The position numbers and the translations under genes were made by a program. The notes below the pieces were generated by a model that saw nothing but the letters and a program-made list of their open reading frames with translations, did no database searches and was not told the origin of the DNA. A DNA stretch of 64,000 bases. It comes from Bacilli bacterium (GTDB lineage: Bacteria; Bacillota_I; Bacilli_A; RF39; UBA660). The DNA is taken from positions 123 to 64,122 of the forward strand of contig JAFTRC010000058.1 of the NCBI GenBank assembly GCA_017462455.1, read 5' to 3'. This document shows, one piece after another, positions 34,781-44,658 of this stretch (the first letter of the stretch is position 1; every line of letters begins with the position of its first letter).

Positions 34781-36092
34781 ATATGGTTATTCTTAATGTT
34801 TGTGTGAATATATTCTTGCTTATACTTGTTTCATTTTTCAATTTCTTATTGTTATCTATTATTTGTTTAGCTAATGATAATCCATATCCATGGTCTTTAC
34901 CTTTAGAACTATATCCCTTTTCATTTATTTTTGATATATCAATATAACCTTCATAATTATTTGAAATTGAAATAATTAAATTATCATCATCAATATACAT
35001 TTGGATATTAATATATTTATTTTTCAAATCGTTTATAGCTTGAATTGAATTATCTAAATATACACCTATAACTTTACAAATATCCAGCATTAAAAAATCA
35101 TCTATATCTATAAGCGTCGCGGTTTTAATTTCTTTTGATATTTCTAATATATAATCTATATTCAATTCTTTCATGTATAAAATTTTTGAATAAACTAAAC
35201 CTCTTAAACCACCAGCAGGAATAATTGATACTTCATGCATTATCTTTTCATCATCTTTTAATTTATTATTAACTACCTCATCAATATATGTTATTATTTT
35301 TTTATTTGTTTTTGGAAGCATATTTCTAATTGTTAATAACTGATTTTTATTTTCATGATTTGACATTCGATATTTATCTAAAATTTCTTCGTATTCTTTT
35401 AAACTATTTAGAGTGGTATTGTATTTATCATATACTTTATTATATTTATTCTTTGTATTAAATGAATATAAAACAATACCAAAACACAATAATATTAATA
35501 AGATGTTAATTATTAATAAATATCTAAAATCAATATGATAGTACAAAGTAGCTTCTAAAATATTTATTACTATCGTTGTAATTAAGCACATAATTATCAA
35601 ATGTTTATCTCTTATTTTATCTATCATAGCATTTACTAAATTATAAAATTCTTTTATAAATTTAATATTTATTACCACAATCGATATAATAGCTATAGAA
35701 ATATTAGCAAAAAAGCTTGCAAATTGAGTTTCAACTATATCAAATGAGTCCATATTAAACAACAAACTCATAAGTAGCACAAACAGACCTTCTGATAACA
35801 CAATTATTAATTCATAGTATATTGCTGTTGTTATTGCTTTTTTTATTGATTGTTTAAATAATATTTTTATAAGAAAACTAAAAATTAACATTACCAAAAT
35901 TACTCTTATATAACCATTTGTTAAATAATAATTGAAAATTGAAAAACAAACGGTAAAAAAATATAGCAAATATGTTTTCATATTTTTAAAATTTAGTTTT
36001 TTATTCAGTAAAACTGACCATATATAAAAAGCAACAAAAGTTAAAACAAAACATGAAAGAAATTTTTCCAGTATACTAAGCAAAAAATTCAT
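34779..36092 (-). CDS. agrC: AgrC-like (HPK10, GHKL) sensor histidine kinase
   Basis: Trimmed to MNFLLSILEKF. Six or seven N-terminal TM segments, then SNHENKNQL (H-box), ISNNYEG (N-box) and DHGYGLSL (G-box). Confidence 0.8.
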   Translation of the reverse strand: MNFLLSILEKFLSCFVLTFVAFYIWSVLLNKKLNFKNMKTYLLYFFTVCFSIFNYYLTNGYIRVILVMLIFSFLIKILFKQSIKKAITTAIYYELIIVLSEGLFVLLMSLLFNMDSFDIVETQFASFFANISIAIISIVVINIKFIKEFYNLVNAMIDKIRDKHLIIMCLITTIVINILEATLYYHIDFRYLLIINILLILLCFGIVLYSFNTKNKYNKVYDKYNTTLNSLKEYEEILDKYRMSNHENKNQLLTIRNMLPKTNKKIITYIDEVVNNKLKDDEKIMHEVSIIPAGGLRGLVYSKILYMKELNIDYILEISKEIKTATLIDIDDFLMLDICKVIGVYLDNSIQAINDLKNKYINIQMYIDDDNLIISISNNYEGYIDISKINEKGYSSKGKDHGYGLSLAKQIIDNNKKLKNETSISKNIFTQTLRITI

Positions 36093-36093
36093 T

Positions 36094-36795
36094 TCAACAC
36101 ACTTCCTTTCTATATTTCTCTGAAAGTAAATCAATTGTTTCACCATTATCAAATGTTATTATTCTTTTTATTTTATCTATTTTTACTTTTCTATCAGAGT
36201 TTATATAACAAGCTCTATGTGTTTGGATAAATCGGTCATCTAACATAGAAATAATTTCAGTTAAAGTATTATTAACCTTAAATTCTGTATAATCTGTTTT
36301 TATTATAGTTTTTCTTTCAAAACTTTCTTTAGTTATATATAAAATATCATTTGTATTTATAGTATAAAGTGTACTCCTATCTAAAAATCTTATTACATTC
36401 TTATGTTTTAATATTTCTAAACCTTTCTTAAGTGAATTATTTAATCTATTTTCGAAATCATCAAATTTATTTATAAATGATAGAAACATTAATTCATTCT
36501 TTAAAACTATATTTCCTAATTCTTCGTGAGCTGTTAGAAATATTATTACACTATCAACATCCTTTTTCCTAATATCTCTAGCTACATCGATACCAGATCT
36601 AGATGGAGTTTCAATATCTAACAGATAAATTTTAAATGGCATTTTGGATTCGACTACTTTGTAAAAACTCTTATTATAATCATCAAACAAATGAATTTCA
36701 TATTCCTTTTTATTTTTGGACATAAAATCCTTTACAACTTTTATAACATTCTTTCTATCCTTTTCGTTATCATCACAAATTATTACATTAATCAT
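36094..36795 (-). CDS. agrA: LytTR-family response regulator (AgrA-like)
   Basis: Receiver domain (IICDD ... LLDIETP) plus a C-terminal LytTR domain. Its TGA stop lies 1 nt before the kinase ATG. Confidence 0.85.
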   Translation of the reverse strand: MINVIICDDNEKDRKNVIKVVKDFMSKNKKEYEIHLFDDYNKSFYKVVESKMPFKIYLLDIETPSRSGIDVARDIRKKDVDSVIIFLTAHEELGNIVLKNELMFLSFINKFDDFENRLNNSLKKGLEILKHKNVIRFLDRSTLYTINTNDILYITKESFERKTIIKTDYTEFKVNNTLTEIISMLDDRFIQTHRACYINSDRKVKIDKIKRIITFDNGETIDLLSEKYRKEVC

Positions 36796-36907
36796 ACATC
36801 ATCCTCCTAACTGAACTTTGTGATTATCTTATACTACTCTAATCTAATAATACCACATTTATCCTTTATTTACAATATTTTCCAGTTTTGTTAGATTATT
36901 AGACTAT

Positions 36908-36936
36908 AAAAAAAGAAGATACTATTTAGCATCTTC
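36908..36936 (-). terminator. intrinsic terminator of the alpha operon (after rplQ)
   Basis: gaagat/atcttc stem spanning the rplQ stop, followed by a T7 run on the minus strand. Confidence 0.6.
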
Positions 36937-37278
36937 CTCAACTAATTCTAAAATAACCATTAAAGCATCATCACCACGACGTTCAGTTAATTTTAAGATT
37001 CTTGTATAACCACCATTACGATTAGCGTAACGAGGAGCTAATACATCAAATACTTTTTTAACTGCTACTGTATCGTTGTGTAGGAAAGCTAAAGCTTTTC
37101 TTCTTGATACTAAAGATCCATTTTTACCATAAGTAATCATTTTATCAACGAATTTACGAACTTCTTTAGCTCTTGTTTCTGTTGTTTCTATTCTTTCTTT
37201 CATGATTACATCTCTAGTTAAATTAGCAAGCATACTTCTTCTATGCTTATTAGTTACTCCTAATTTTCTATAAGCCAT
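36922..37278 (-). CDS. rplQ: 50S ribosomal protein L17
   Basis: Starts [20 protein letters not shown]. Last gene of the alpha operon. Confidence 0.95.
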   Translation of the reverse strand: MAYRKLGVTNKHRRSMLANLTRDVIMKERIETTETRAKEVRKFVDKMITYGKNGSLVSRRKALAFLHNDTVAVKKVFDVLAPRYANRNGGYTRILKLTERRGDDALMVILELVEEDAK

Positions 37279-37295
37279 AATATTCCTCCTAACTA

Positions 37296-38246
37296 TTAGT
37301 CGTCTTCGCGGAATCTAAGTCCCATATCTTTAATCTTGTCGATTACTTCTTTTAAAGACTTTTTACCTAAGTTACGTATTTTCATCATTTCAACTTCAGA
37401 TTTAGCAGTTAAATCACCTAGAGTATTAACACCAGCTCTCTTTAAGCAGTTGTAAGCTCTAACTGAGAAATCTAAATCATCAATTGATGTTTCTAATTTT
37501 TTAAGTTTGCTATCTTCTTGTTTTGCATTCATTATTCCTGTAACATCAGCTATTTCACTTAAGTTAGTAACAATATTTAAATGTTCAATCATAATTTTAG
37601 CTGCAAGAGCCATAGCTTCTTCTGGTCTCATTGATCCATTTGTAAATACTTCCATGATTAATTTATCATAACTTGCATCTTGACCAACACGAGCATTATC
37701 TACTTCATAACTGATTCTATCAATTGGTGAATATAATGCATCAATTGGAATGAATCCGATTTTTTGATTTTCAATATATTTTTTGTTTTCTTGAGATGGT
37801 ACATAACCACGTCCGTTAGCAACTATTAATTCCATATCAAGTTTTCCACCTTTAGCAATTGTAGCTATTACTTGATCTTTATTAATAACTTCAACATCTG
37901 GATTTTCTTCGATATCAGCTGCAGTTACAATACCTTCTTTATCAGAATATAATTTTAAAATTACTTCTTCTTCAGTATTGTTTTTAACAACGATATTTTT
38001 AAGATTTAAAACTATTGTTGTAACGTCTTCAACAATTCCTTCCATAGTTTGGAATTCATGCATAACACCATCAATTTTAACTGCTACTATAGCACTTCCT
38101 GGCATACTAGATAACATAATTCTTCTAAGAGCATTACCAAGAGTAGTACCAAAACCTCTTTCAAGTGGTTCTAGTTCGAATTTACCATAATTTTTATCTT
38201 CTACATATTCAGTTATTTTATATATTGGTTTTTCAAAATTTAACAT
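37296..38246 (-). CDS. rpoA: DNA-directed RNA polymerase subunit alpha
   Basis: Trimmed to the ATG at 38246 (GGAGGAATGG upstream). Contains [20 protein letters not shown] and a C-terminal domain. Confidence 0.95.
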   Translation of the reverse strand: MLNFEKPIYKITEYVEDKNYGKFELEPLERGFGTTLGNALRRIMLSSMPGSAIVAVKIDGVMHEFQTMEGIVEDVTTIVLNLKNIVVKNNTEEEVILKLYSDKEGIVTAADIEENPDVEVINKDQVIATIAKGGKLDMELIVANGRGYVPSQENKKYIENQKIGFIPIDALYSPIDRISYEVDNARVGQDASYDKLIMEVFTNGSMRPEEAMALAAKIMIEHLNIVTNLSEIADVTGIMNAKQEDSKLKKLETSIDDLDFSVRAYNCLKRAGVNTLGDLTAKSEVEMMKIRNLGKKSLKEVIDKIKDMGLRFREDD

Positions 38247-38262
38247 TTTCCATTCCTCCTTC

Positions 38263-38646
38263 TTATCCACGTGGACGTTTTGGTGGACGACATCCATTGT
38301 GTGGTATAGGTGTAACATCAGATATAGATGTAATTTCTAAACCTGCTGTTTGTAATGAACGGATTGCTGTTTCTTTACCTGATCCTAAACCTTTTACAAA
38401 AACTTCAACTTTTCTCATTCCCATATCGTAAGCTGCTTTACCTGCTGCTTCAGCACTCATTCCAGCTGCGAATGGAGTTGATTTTTTACTTCCTTTGAAA
38501 CCTAAAGTTCCAGCAGAAGCCCAACTTATTGCATTACCGTCGTTATCACAAAGTGTTACGATAGTATTATTAAATGTTGAATGTATATAAGCTTTACCTT
38601 CTGGTACATTTTTCTTAACTTTTCTTTTTCTTGATTTATAAGCCAT
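38263..38646 (-). CDS. rpsK: 30S ribosomal protein S11
   Basis: Sequence recognised ([10 protein letters not shown] ... [12 protein letters not shown]) and operon position fits. Confidence 0.95.
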   Translation of the reverse strand: MAYKSRKRKVKKNVPEGKAYIHSTFNNTIVTLCDNDGNAISWASAGTLGFKGSKKSTPFAAGMSAEAAGKAAYDMGMRKVEVFVKGLGSGKETAIRSLQTAGLEITSISDVTPIPHNGCRPPKRPRG

Positions 38647-38669
38647 AATCTATCCTCCTTTAATCACAA

Positions 38670-39035
38670 CTATTTTTTCTTATTAGCAACTACTTTACCT
38701 TTACCTTTACGAGTACGAGCATTTCTATTTGTTCTTTGTCCTCTTACAGGTAATCCTTTTTTATGACGAGTTCCTTGATATGAATTTATTTCCATTTTAG
38801 TTTTAATATTCATATTTACTTCACGACGAAGATCTCCTTCAGTCATATATTTGTTAACTTCATCACGAATTGCATTTAATTCTTCATTAGTTAATTCTCC
38901 AGCTTTTGTGTTTGGATTAACTTTTGCGTCTTCTAATATTTTTTGTGAAAGACTTCTTCCAATTCCATATACATAAGTTAATGAAATTTCGATTCTTTTA
39001 TTGTTTGGTATATCTACACCTTTAATACGTGCCAT
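38670..39035 (-). CDS. rpsM: 30S ribosomal protein S13
   Basis: Starts [14 protein letters not shown]. Operon position fits. Confidence 0.95.
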   Translation of the reverse strand: MARIKGVDIPNNKRIEISLTYVYGIGRSLSQKILEDAKVNPNTKAGELTNEELNAIRDEVNKYMTEGDLRREVNMNIKTKMEINSYQGTRHKKGLPVRGQRTNRNARTRKGKGKVVANKKK

Positions 39036-39049
39036 TAAAACACCTCCTA

Positions 39050-39163
39050 TTAACCTTGTCTTTGTTTATGTTTAGGGTTTTCACAAATTACCATTACTTT
39101 CCCCTTACGCTTAATAACTTTACATTTTTCACACATTGGTTTTACTGATGGTTTAACTTTCAT
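39050..39163 (-). CDS. rpmJ: 50S ribosomal protein L36 (37 aa, not in ORF track)
   Basis: Manual translation gives [37 protein letters not shown]. Lies between infA and rpsM. Confidence 0.9.
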   Translation of the reverse strand: MKVKPSVKPMCEKCKVIKRKGKVMVICENPKHKQRQG

Positions 39164-39175
39164 CTTTTTTACCTC

Positions 39176-39391
39176 CTATTTTCTGTAGGTTATACGACCA
39201 CGTGTTAAATCATAAGTTGATAATTCAACCATTACCGTATCACCAGCTAAAATTCGAATCATGTTCATTCGCATTTTACCCGAAACGTGAGCCGTAATTA
39301 CATGTTTGTTTGCTAGTTCTACTTTAAATACGTAGCCTGGCAATACTTCTAATACTTTACCTTCCATTTCGATAACATCATCTTTAGCCAT
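39176..39391 (-). CDS. infA: translation initiation factor IF-1
   Basis: Starts [18 protein letters not shown] and ends with the TYRK tail. Confidence 0.95.
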   Translation of the reverse strand: MAKDDVIEMEGKVLEVLPGYVFKVELANKHVITAHVSGKMRMNMIRILAGDTVMVELSTYDLTRGRITYRK

Positions 39392-39395
39392 TATT

Positions 39396-40142
39396 TCACC
39401 TCTTCGTTAATATTTCATACCCATCTTTGGTAATTAACACTGTATGTTCAAAGTGAGCTGAAGGCTCTTGGTCAGCAGTAACTACTGTCCAATCATCATC
39501 TAATAAATAAACATCTGCAGTACCTAAGTTTATCATAGGTTCAACAGCGATAACCATTCCTTCTTTTAAGATAGGTCCAGTATTCTTTTTACCGTAGTTA
39601 GGAACGTCTGGAGCTTCGTGTAGGTTATTTCCTATACCATGTCCAACTAATTCTTTTACTACTCCTAAATTATGAGATTCAGCATAAGTTTGTACTGCCT
39701 CTCCTATATCACCAATCCTGGCACCAGCTTTAACTTGTTTTAATCCTTCATATAATGATTGTTCTGTATGTTCTAGTAAATATTTTTTTTCTTCGGAGAT
39801 ATTTCCAATTGGATATGTCCAAGCACTATCGCCGTGATATCCTTTATAGCAAGCACATATATCCAAAGTAACTATATCACCATCACATAACTTTCTTTTC
39901 CCTGCAATACCGTGTACAACTTCTTCATTTATAGAAATGCAGATATTTCCAGGATAACCATCATAATTATAACAAGATGGAGTTGCTCCTCTTTTGATGA
40001 TATAATCGCGAGCTAGTGAATCAATTTCTTTAGTTGTAATTCCAGGCTTTAAAAATGGAATTAAATATTTATGTGTATCTCCAACTATTTCACCAGCTAC
40101 ACGCATTAATTCAATCTCTCTTGGAGTTTTAATGTTAATCAT
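39396..40142 (-). CDS. map: type I methionine aminopeptidase
   Basis: Metal-ligand pattern (D..D..H..E..E) in a 248-aa protein. Lies between adk and infA. Confidence 0.9.
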   Translation of the reverse strand: MINIKTPREIELMRVAGEIVGDTHKYLIPFLKPGITTKEIDSLARDYIIKRGATPSCYNYDGYPGNICISINEEVVHGIAGKRKLCDGDIVTLDICACYKGYHGDSAWTYPIGNISEEKKYLLEHTEQSLYEGLKQVKAGARIGDIGEAVQTYAESHNLGVVKELVGHGIGNNLHEAPDVPNYGKKNTGPILKEGMVIAVEPMINLGTADVYLLDDDWTVVTADQEPSAHFEHTVLITKDGYEILTKR

Positions 40143-40143
40143 T

Positions 40144-40797
40144 TTATTCTCCTAAGATTTTTACAACTTGTTCGTGAGTTTTTTCTCTACCATGATTGCT
40201 ATCTACGTGATAAACAACTCCTTGTTTTTCATAGAAATCAATTAATGGTGCAGTTTTTTCTATATAAGTATTATATCTACCCATATAAGTTTCTTCATTA
40301 TCATCTACTCTTTTTACAAGTTGTGCTCCACATTTATCACAAATGCCTTCAGTTTTAGGTTTCATATCATCATTACTTGTATTATAAACTTCTTTGCATT
40401 CTGGGCAAGAAATTCTACCAGCTATTCTTGATGCAGCTAATTTTTTATCTATATCTAAAACAATTACTACACCTAAATCTTTACCTAATTCATTAAGCAT
40501 TTCTTGATACGCTTCTGCTTGAGCTACATTTCTTGGGAATCCATCTAAAATGTAACCGTTATTGCAATCTTCTTGCATAATTCTTTCTTTTAAGATTTCA
40601 ATAATTAATTCATCACTAACAAATATTCCATTATTAATTTTATAATCAATATCTCTTCCTAATTCAGAATCTTCTTGTGCTTTTTCTCTCAATATATCAC
40701 CAGTTGATATATGAGGCATATTATATTGTTCTTTTAAGTATGCAGCTTCAGTACCTTTTCCAGCAGCTGGAGCAGCTATTAATATAACACTTTTCAT
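40144..40797 (-). CDS. adk: adenylate kinase (zinc-lid type)
   Basis: P-loop APAAGKGT and a LID domain with CPECKEVY...CDKCG. Confidence 0.95.
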   Translation of the reverse strand: MKSVILIAAPAAGKGTEAAYLKEQYNMPHISTGDILREKAQEDSELGRDIDYKINNGIFVSDELIIEILKERIMQEDCNNGYILDGFPRNVAQAEAYQEMLNELGKDLGVVIVLDIDKKLAASRIAGRISCPECKEVYNTSNDDMKPKTEGICDKCGAQLVKRVDDNEETYMGRYNTYIEKTAPLIDFYEKQGVVYHVDSNHGREKTHEQVVKILGE

Positions 40798-42050
40798 TAT
40801 CTTCTTCTTCCCTTTCTACCTTTTACATAAGTTCTACTTACTAATTGGCTTTCAATTTGTTTATAAGTATCAAGTGCAACTCCTACAACGATTAGTAGTC
40901 CTGTACCACTAATTGATATAGATGTTGTTAAGTTTGAAAACTTATCAAATACTATTGGAAGAATTGCAAGTACTGTTAAGAATGTAGCACCTACAATTGT
41001 AATTCTTTTTAACACTGTTTTTACATATTCAGTTGTTTCTTTACCAGGTCTAATTCCCGGAATATATCCACCATTCTTATTTAAATTTTCAGACATTTCA
41101 CTTGGTTTAAGTTGCATAAATGTATAGAAGTAAGCAAATGCTAAAATCATTACTATATATATCACTAAACCAGTTCCATTTGTATAATTTAAATATTTTT
41201 GTACAAATAATGTAAACCCTTCATTTTTTATTACTGATGCAAGGATTTGTGGAATTGAAAGTAATGCACTCGCAAAAATTACTGGCATAACTCCTGAACT
41301 ATTTAATTTAAATGGAATATAATTTTGTTTACCAAGCATACTTGTTGATTTATTAGCATATTGAATAGGTAATCTTCTTTCTGCAGATTCAACATAGATA
41401 ACACCTACGATGATTCCCACAAAAACTAGAATGAATGCTATAAAGATCATTATTCCTAAGAAACCTTTTGCAAATAATTCTAACCATAAATCTTTAAACA
41501 TACCAGGAAGTACACTAATTATACCTGCCATTATTATTAAAGACATTCCATTTCCAATTCCTTTTGCAGTAATTTGATCTCCGATCCACATAACTAATGC
41601 CGTACCTGCAGTAAGAATTAATGAATATAATATGTAATCCATTGGACTACCATTTCCGATATATGCAAATGAATACATATATCCTTGTAAGAATGCTAAA
41701 GCAATTCCTACAATTCTTGTTATTTGATTTAATTTTCTTCTACCAACGCCACCTTGTTTTGATAATTCAGAAAGATATGGAACTATATCCGCACTTAATA
41801 ATTGAATTACAATTTGCGCTGTTATATATGGTGATACACCTAATGCAAATATTGATGCATTAGCAAATGCCCCACCACTCATTGCATTTAATATTTCAAG
41901 GAATCCCATTCCTTCAGTATTAGCAGCAACGCCAGGAACAATTATTGATGTTCCTATTTTGAAAACGAATAAGGCAGCTAAGGTAAATAAAATCCTTTTT
42001 AATAAATCACGATTTTTAGGATTAAATATTTGCTTTACTCCTGCAAACAT
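40797..42050 (-). CDS. secY: preprotein translocase subunit SecY
   Basis: 10-TM, 417-aa protein between rplO and adk. Confidence 0.95.
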   Translation of the reverse strand: MFAGVKQIFNPKNRDLLKRILFTLAALFVFKIGTSIIVPGVAANTEGMGFLEILNAMSGGAFANASIFALGVSPYITAQIVIQLLSADIVPYLSELSKQGGVGRRKLNQITRIVGIALAFLQGYMYSFAYIGNGSPMDYILYSLILTAGTALVMWIGDQITAKGIGNGMSLIIMAGIISVLPGMFKDLWLELFAKGFLGIMIFIAFILVFVGIIVGVIYVESAERRLPIQYANKSTSMLGKQNYIPFKLNSSGVMPVIFASALLSIPQILASVIKNEGFTLFVQKYLNYTNGTGLVIYIVMILAFAYFYTFMQLKPSEMSENLNKNGGYIPGIRPGKETTEYVKTVLKRITIVGATFLTVLAILPIVFDKFSNLTTSISISGTGLLIVVGVALDTYKQIESQLVSRTYVKGRKGRRR

Positions 42051-42051
42051 A

Positions 42052-42495
42052 TTAAATCACCTCAGCTTTTCCACCTATCGCTTCTATTTTTTCAATTGCT
42101 GAACTTGAGAATTTGTTAGCTTTAACAGTTAATTTCTTAGTTAAGTTTCCATTACCTAATACTTTAACACCGTCTAATTGTTTCTTTAAAATTCCCATTT
42201 CTTTTAATAATTCTGGAGTTACAACTGCTCCATTATCAAATTTTTCTAAATCACTTACGTTAATTGTAGCATATTCTGTTTTAAACATAGCATTAGAGAA
42301 ACCTCTTTTTGGTAAACGTCTGAATAATGGTAATTGTCCACCTTCAAATCCAGGTCTTACTCCTCCACCACTTCTAGCATTTTGTCCTTTGTGTCCTTTT
42401 CCACTTGTTTTACCAAGTCCAGAACCAACACCACGTCCAACTCTTTTTTTAGTTTGGAATGCACCTTCATTTGGTCTTAATTCATGTAGTTTCAT
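42052..42495 (-). CDS. rplO: 50S ribosomal protein L15
   Basis: Starts [12 protein letters not shown] and contains [19 protein letters not shown]. Confidence 0.95.
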   Translation of the reverse strand: MKLHELRPNEGAFQTKKRVGRGVGSGLGKTSGKGHKGQNARSGGGVRPGFEGGQLPLFRRLPKRGFSNAMFKTEYATINVSDLEKFDNGAVVTPELLKEMGILKKQLDGVKVLGNGNLTKKLTVKANKFSSSAIEKIEAIGGKAEVI

Positions 42496-42496
42496 A

Positions 42497-43090
42497 TTAT
42501 CTAATCTCCTCTACTTTTTTACCACGTAAACGTGCTACTTCTTCTATTGTTCTTTGTGATTTTAATGCTTCAAGTGTTGCATATGCCATATTAACTTTTG
42601 TACTTGATCCTAATGATTTAGATAAAATATCTTTTACACCAGCCATTTCAAGTACTGATCTTATTGGACCACCAGCTTTAACTCCAGTACCTTTAGCGGC
42701 AGGTTTTAACATAACTTTACTAGCTCCACATACACCAGTTGCTTCATGTGGTATAGTACGGTCTTCAACTATAGAAACTTTAACTACGTTCTTAGCTGCA
42801 GCTTGACTTGCTTTTTTAATTGCATCTGGAACTTCGTTAGATTTTCCAGTACCAAGTCCAACTTTACCTTTTCTATCTCCAACAACTACAACTGCTGAGA
42901 AGCGGAAATGACGTCCACCTTTTGTTACTTTTGTAACACGTCCGATAGAAATTACTTCTTCTTCATAAAGTTTTTGTTGTCTTTGTCTAGGTTGTCTTTT
43001 ATCATTTGATTTACGAGGTTTTCTTTCAGTTTTTTCTACTTTTTCAGTAGATTTAACTTCTTCTACTTTTTCGATTTCTTTTTCCATCAT
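42497..43090 (-). CDS. rpsE: 30S ribosomal protein S5 (with ~31-aa charged N-terminal extension)
   Basis: Core sequence [22 protein letters not shown]. Its stop lies 1 nt before the rplO ATG. Confidence 0.95.
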   Translation of the reverse strand: MMEKEIEKVEEVKSTEKVEKTERKPRKSNDKRQPRQRQQKLYEEEVISIGRVTKVTKGGRHFRFSAVVVVGDRKGKVGLGTGKSNEVPDAIKKASQAAAKNVVKVSIVEDRTIPHEATGVCGASKVMLKPAAKGTGVKAGGPIRSVLEMAGVKDILSKSLGSSTKVNMAYATLEALKSQRTIEEVARLRGKKVEEIR

Positions 43091-43100
43091 TACCCTCCTA

Positions 43101-43463
43101 TTAGAATTCTAGTCCGTTTTCACGTGCTGATTCAGCTAATACTTTAACACGTCCATGATAAAGGTATCCACCTCTATCGAAAACTACTTTTGATATTTTT
43201 GCTTTTTTAGCTCTTTTAGCAAGTAATTCTCCTACTTTTTCTGCAGCTTCAGTGTTTCCACCATTTTCAAGTTTTAATTCTTTATCTATAGAAGATGCAC
43301 TTACTAAAGTTTTAGAAGCTTCATCATCAATGATTTGAGCAAAAATATTATTGTTTGATCTAAATACATTTAATCTAGGAACGTTTGATGTACCTGTTAC
43401 TTTATTTCTTACACGTGTATGTCTAGCAACACGTGATTTATTACGGTCTATTTTTTTGATCAT
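43101..43463 (-). CDS. rplR: 50S ribosomal protein L18
   Basis: Sequence recognised and spc-operon order fits. Confidence 0.95.
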   Translation of the reverse strand: MIKKIDRNKSRVARHTRVRNKVTGTSNVPRLNVFRSNNNIFAQIIDDEASKTLVSASSIDKELKLENGGNTEAAEKVGELLAKRAKKAKISKVVFDRGGYLYHGRVKVLAESARENGLEF

Positions 43464-43484
43464 AACTTCTCTCCTTTACTCTAA

Positions 43485-44018
43485 TTATTTAGAAGCTTTC
43501 TTTCCTTCTTTACGACGAATATGTTCGTCAGCATAACGAATACCTTTTCCTTTGTATGGTTCAGGTTTTCTAATTTTTCTTACGTTAGCTGCAAATTCAC
43601 CTACTAATTGTTTATCAATTCCTCTTACAAATAATTCTGTATTACTTGGAACTTCTAATTTAATTCCTTCTGGAATTGCAACATTAACAGGATGAGAATA
43701 TCCAGCTGTTACAACTAATTCTGCACCTTTTAATTGAAAACGATAACCAACACCTACAGATTCTAATTTTTTTTCGAATCCTTCTGTAACACCAACAATC
43801 ATATTTCTGATGTTAGCATTAGCTGTACCATGAAAATTCTTATAATTATCATTTTTTCTAGTTAAAGTTATTTCATTTTCATTAATATTAACAGTAATAT
43901 TTTCGTTTATTTCAGTAGAAAGTTCACCTTTAGGTCCTTTTACTGAAACAATATTTCCTTCAACTGTTACAGTTACTCCAGTTGGTATTTCTAATTTTCT
44001 ATTTCCAACACGACTCAT
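43485..44018 (-). CDS. rplF: 50S ribosomal protein L6
   Basis: Starts MSRVGNRKLEIPTGV. Operon order fits. Confidence 0.95.
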   Translation of the reverse strand: MSRVGNRKLEIPTGVTVTVEGNIVSVKGPKGELSTEINENITVNINENEITLTRKNDNYKNFHGTANANIRNMIVGVTEGFEKKLESVGVGYRFQLKGAELVVTAGYSHPVNVAIPEGIKLEVPSNTELFVRGIDKQLVGEFAANVRKIRKPEPYKGKGIRYADEHIRRKEGKKASK

Positions 44019-44033
44019 TAAGATTCTTCCTTT

Positions 44034-44426
44034 CTACCAAATATAAGCAAGAACTTCTCCACCTAATGAATTAGCTCTAGCTTCTTTATCTGTCATAACA
44101 CCCTTAGATGTTGATATAATAGCTATACCTAATCCACTTAATACAGTAGGAACTTCTTCTGCTTTTACATATACACGTAATCCTGGTTTAGAAATTCTCT
44201 TAAGTCCAGTGATTACACGTTCCTTGTCTACATATTTTAATGATAAAACAAGGATATCTTGAATATTATTTTTCTTAACTTTATAATCAACTATAAATCC
44301 TTCAGATTTTAATATTCTAGCGATTTCATTTTTCATTTTTGAAGCTGGGACTTCAACTTCTTTATAACGCATTTGATTTGCATTACGAATTCTCGTAAGC
44401 ATATCTGCTATTGGATCTGTTACCAT
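44034..44426 (-). CDS. rpsH: 30S ribosomal protein S8
   Basis: Contains [13 protein letters not shown]. Operon order fits. Confidence 0.95.
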   Translation of the reverse strand: MVTDPIADMLTRIRNANQMRYKEVEVPASKMKNEIARILKSEGFIVDYKVKKNNIQDILVLSLKYVDKERVITGLKRISKPGLRVYVKAEEVPTVLSGLGIAIISTSKGVMTDKEARANSLGGEVLAYIW

Positions 44427-44455
44427 AATATCCTCCTTCTTTTACCGACACCAGC

Positions 44456-44641
44456 TTACCAACTTGATTTTTTCATTCCTGGTATTTGTCCCTTATAAGC
44501 TAACTCACGGAAACAAATTCTACAAATTCCGTATTTTTTAAGTACAGCATGTGGACGTCCACAACGACTGCAACGAGTATATCTACGTACTTCGAATTTA
44601 GGTTCGCGACTAGCTTTTACTTTCATACTTTTTTTAGCCAT
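44456..44641 (-). CDS. rpsZ: 30S ribosomal protein S14 type Z (zinc-binding)
   Basis: 61 aa with CSRCGRP...CRIC. Confidence 0.95.
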   Translation of the reverse strand: MAKKSMKVKASREPKFEVRRYTRCSRCGRPHAVLKKYGICRICFRELAYKGQIPGMKKSSW

Positions 44642-44658
44642 AATTTGCCTCCTATAGT

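Noticed and set aside
38247-38318. N-terminal extensions given by the ORF track for rpoA. The same issue affects rpsJ (50995..51096), rplP (46827..46865), rplM (25133..25174), trpS (26294..26338), typA (63169..63216), hpf (33286..33309), the CDF transporter (18800..18874), the agrC-like gene (36093..36152) and parA (59918..59935).
   Set aside because: In each case an internal ATG with a good SD reproduces the conserved N-terminus of the family. The extension overlaps an upstream gene, leader or terminator.
42113-42806. Long plus-strand ORFs (138 aa and 115 aa) in the ORF track. Similar ones occur at 45450..45905, 44549..44818, 48602..48817, 49596..49784, 50846..51028, 43351..43536 and 47986..48171.
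   Set aside because: They lie antisense to highly conserved ribosomal-protein genes. They have no SD and encode low-complexity Ser/Leu/Phe/Pro-rich products. These are typical shadow ORFs of AT-rich coding sequence.
43108-43130. Search for parS (tGTTnCACGTGaAACa) near parAB and throughout the window. The best partial match is gttttcacgtgctga inside rplR.
   Set aside because: Only one half-site matches, and no full 16-bp palindrome was found by eye. A proper pattern search over the genome is needed before calling parS.
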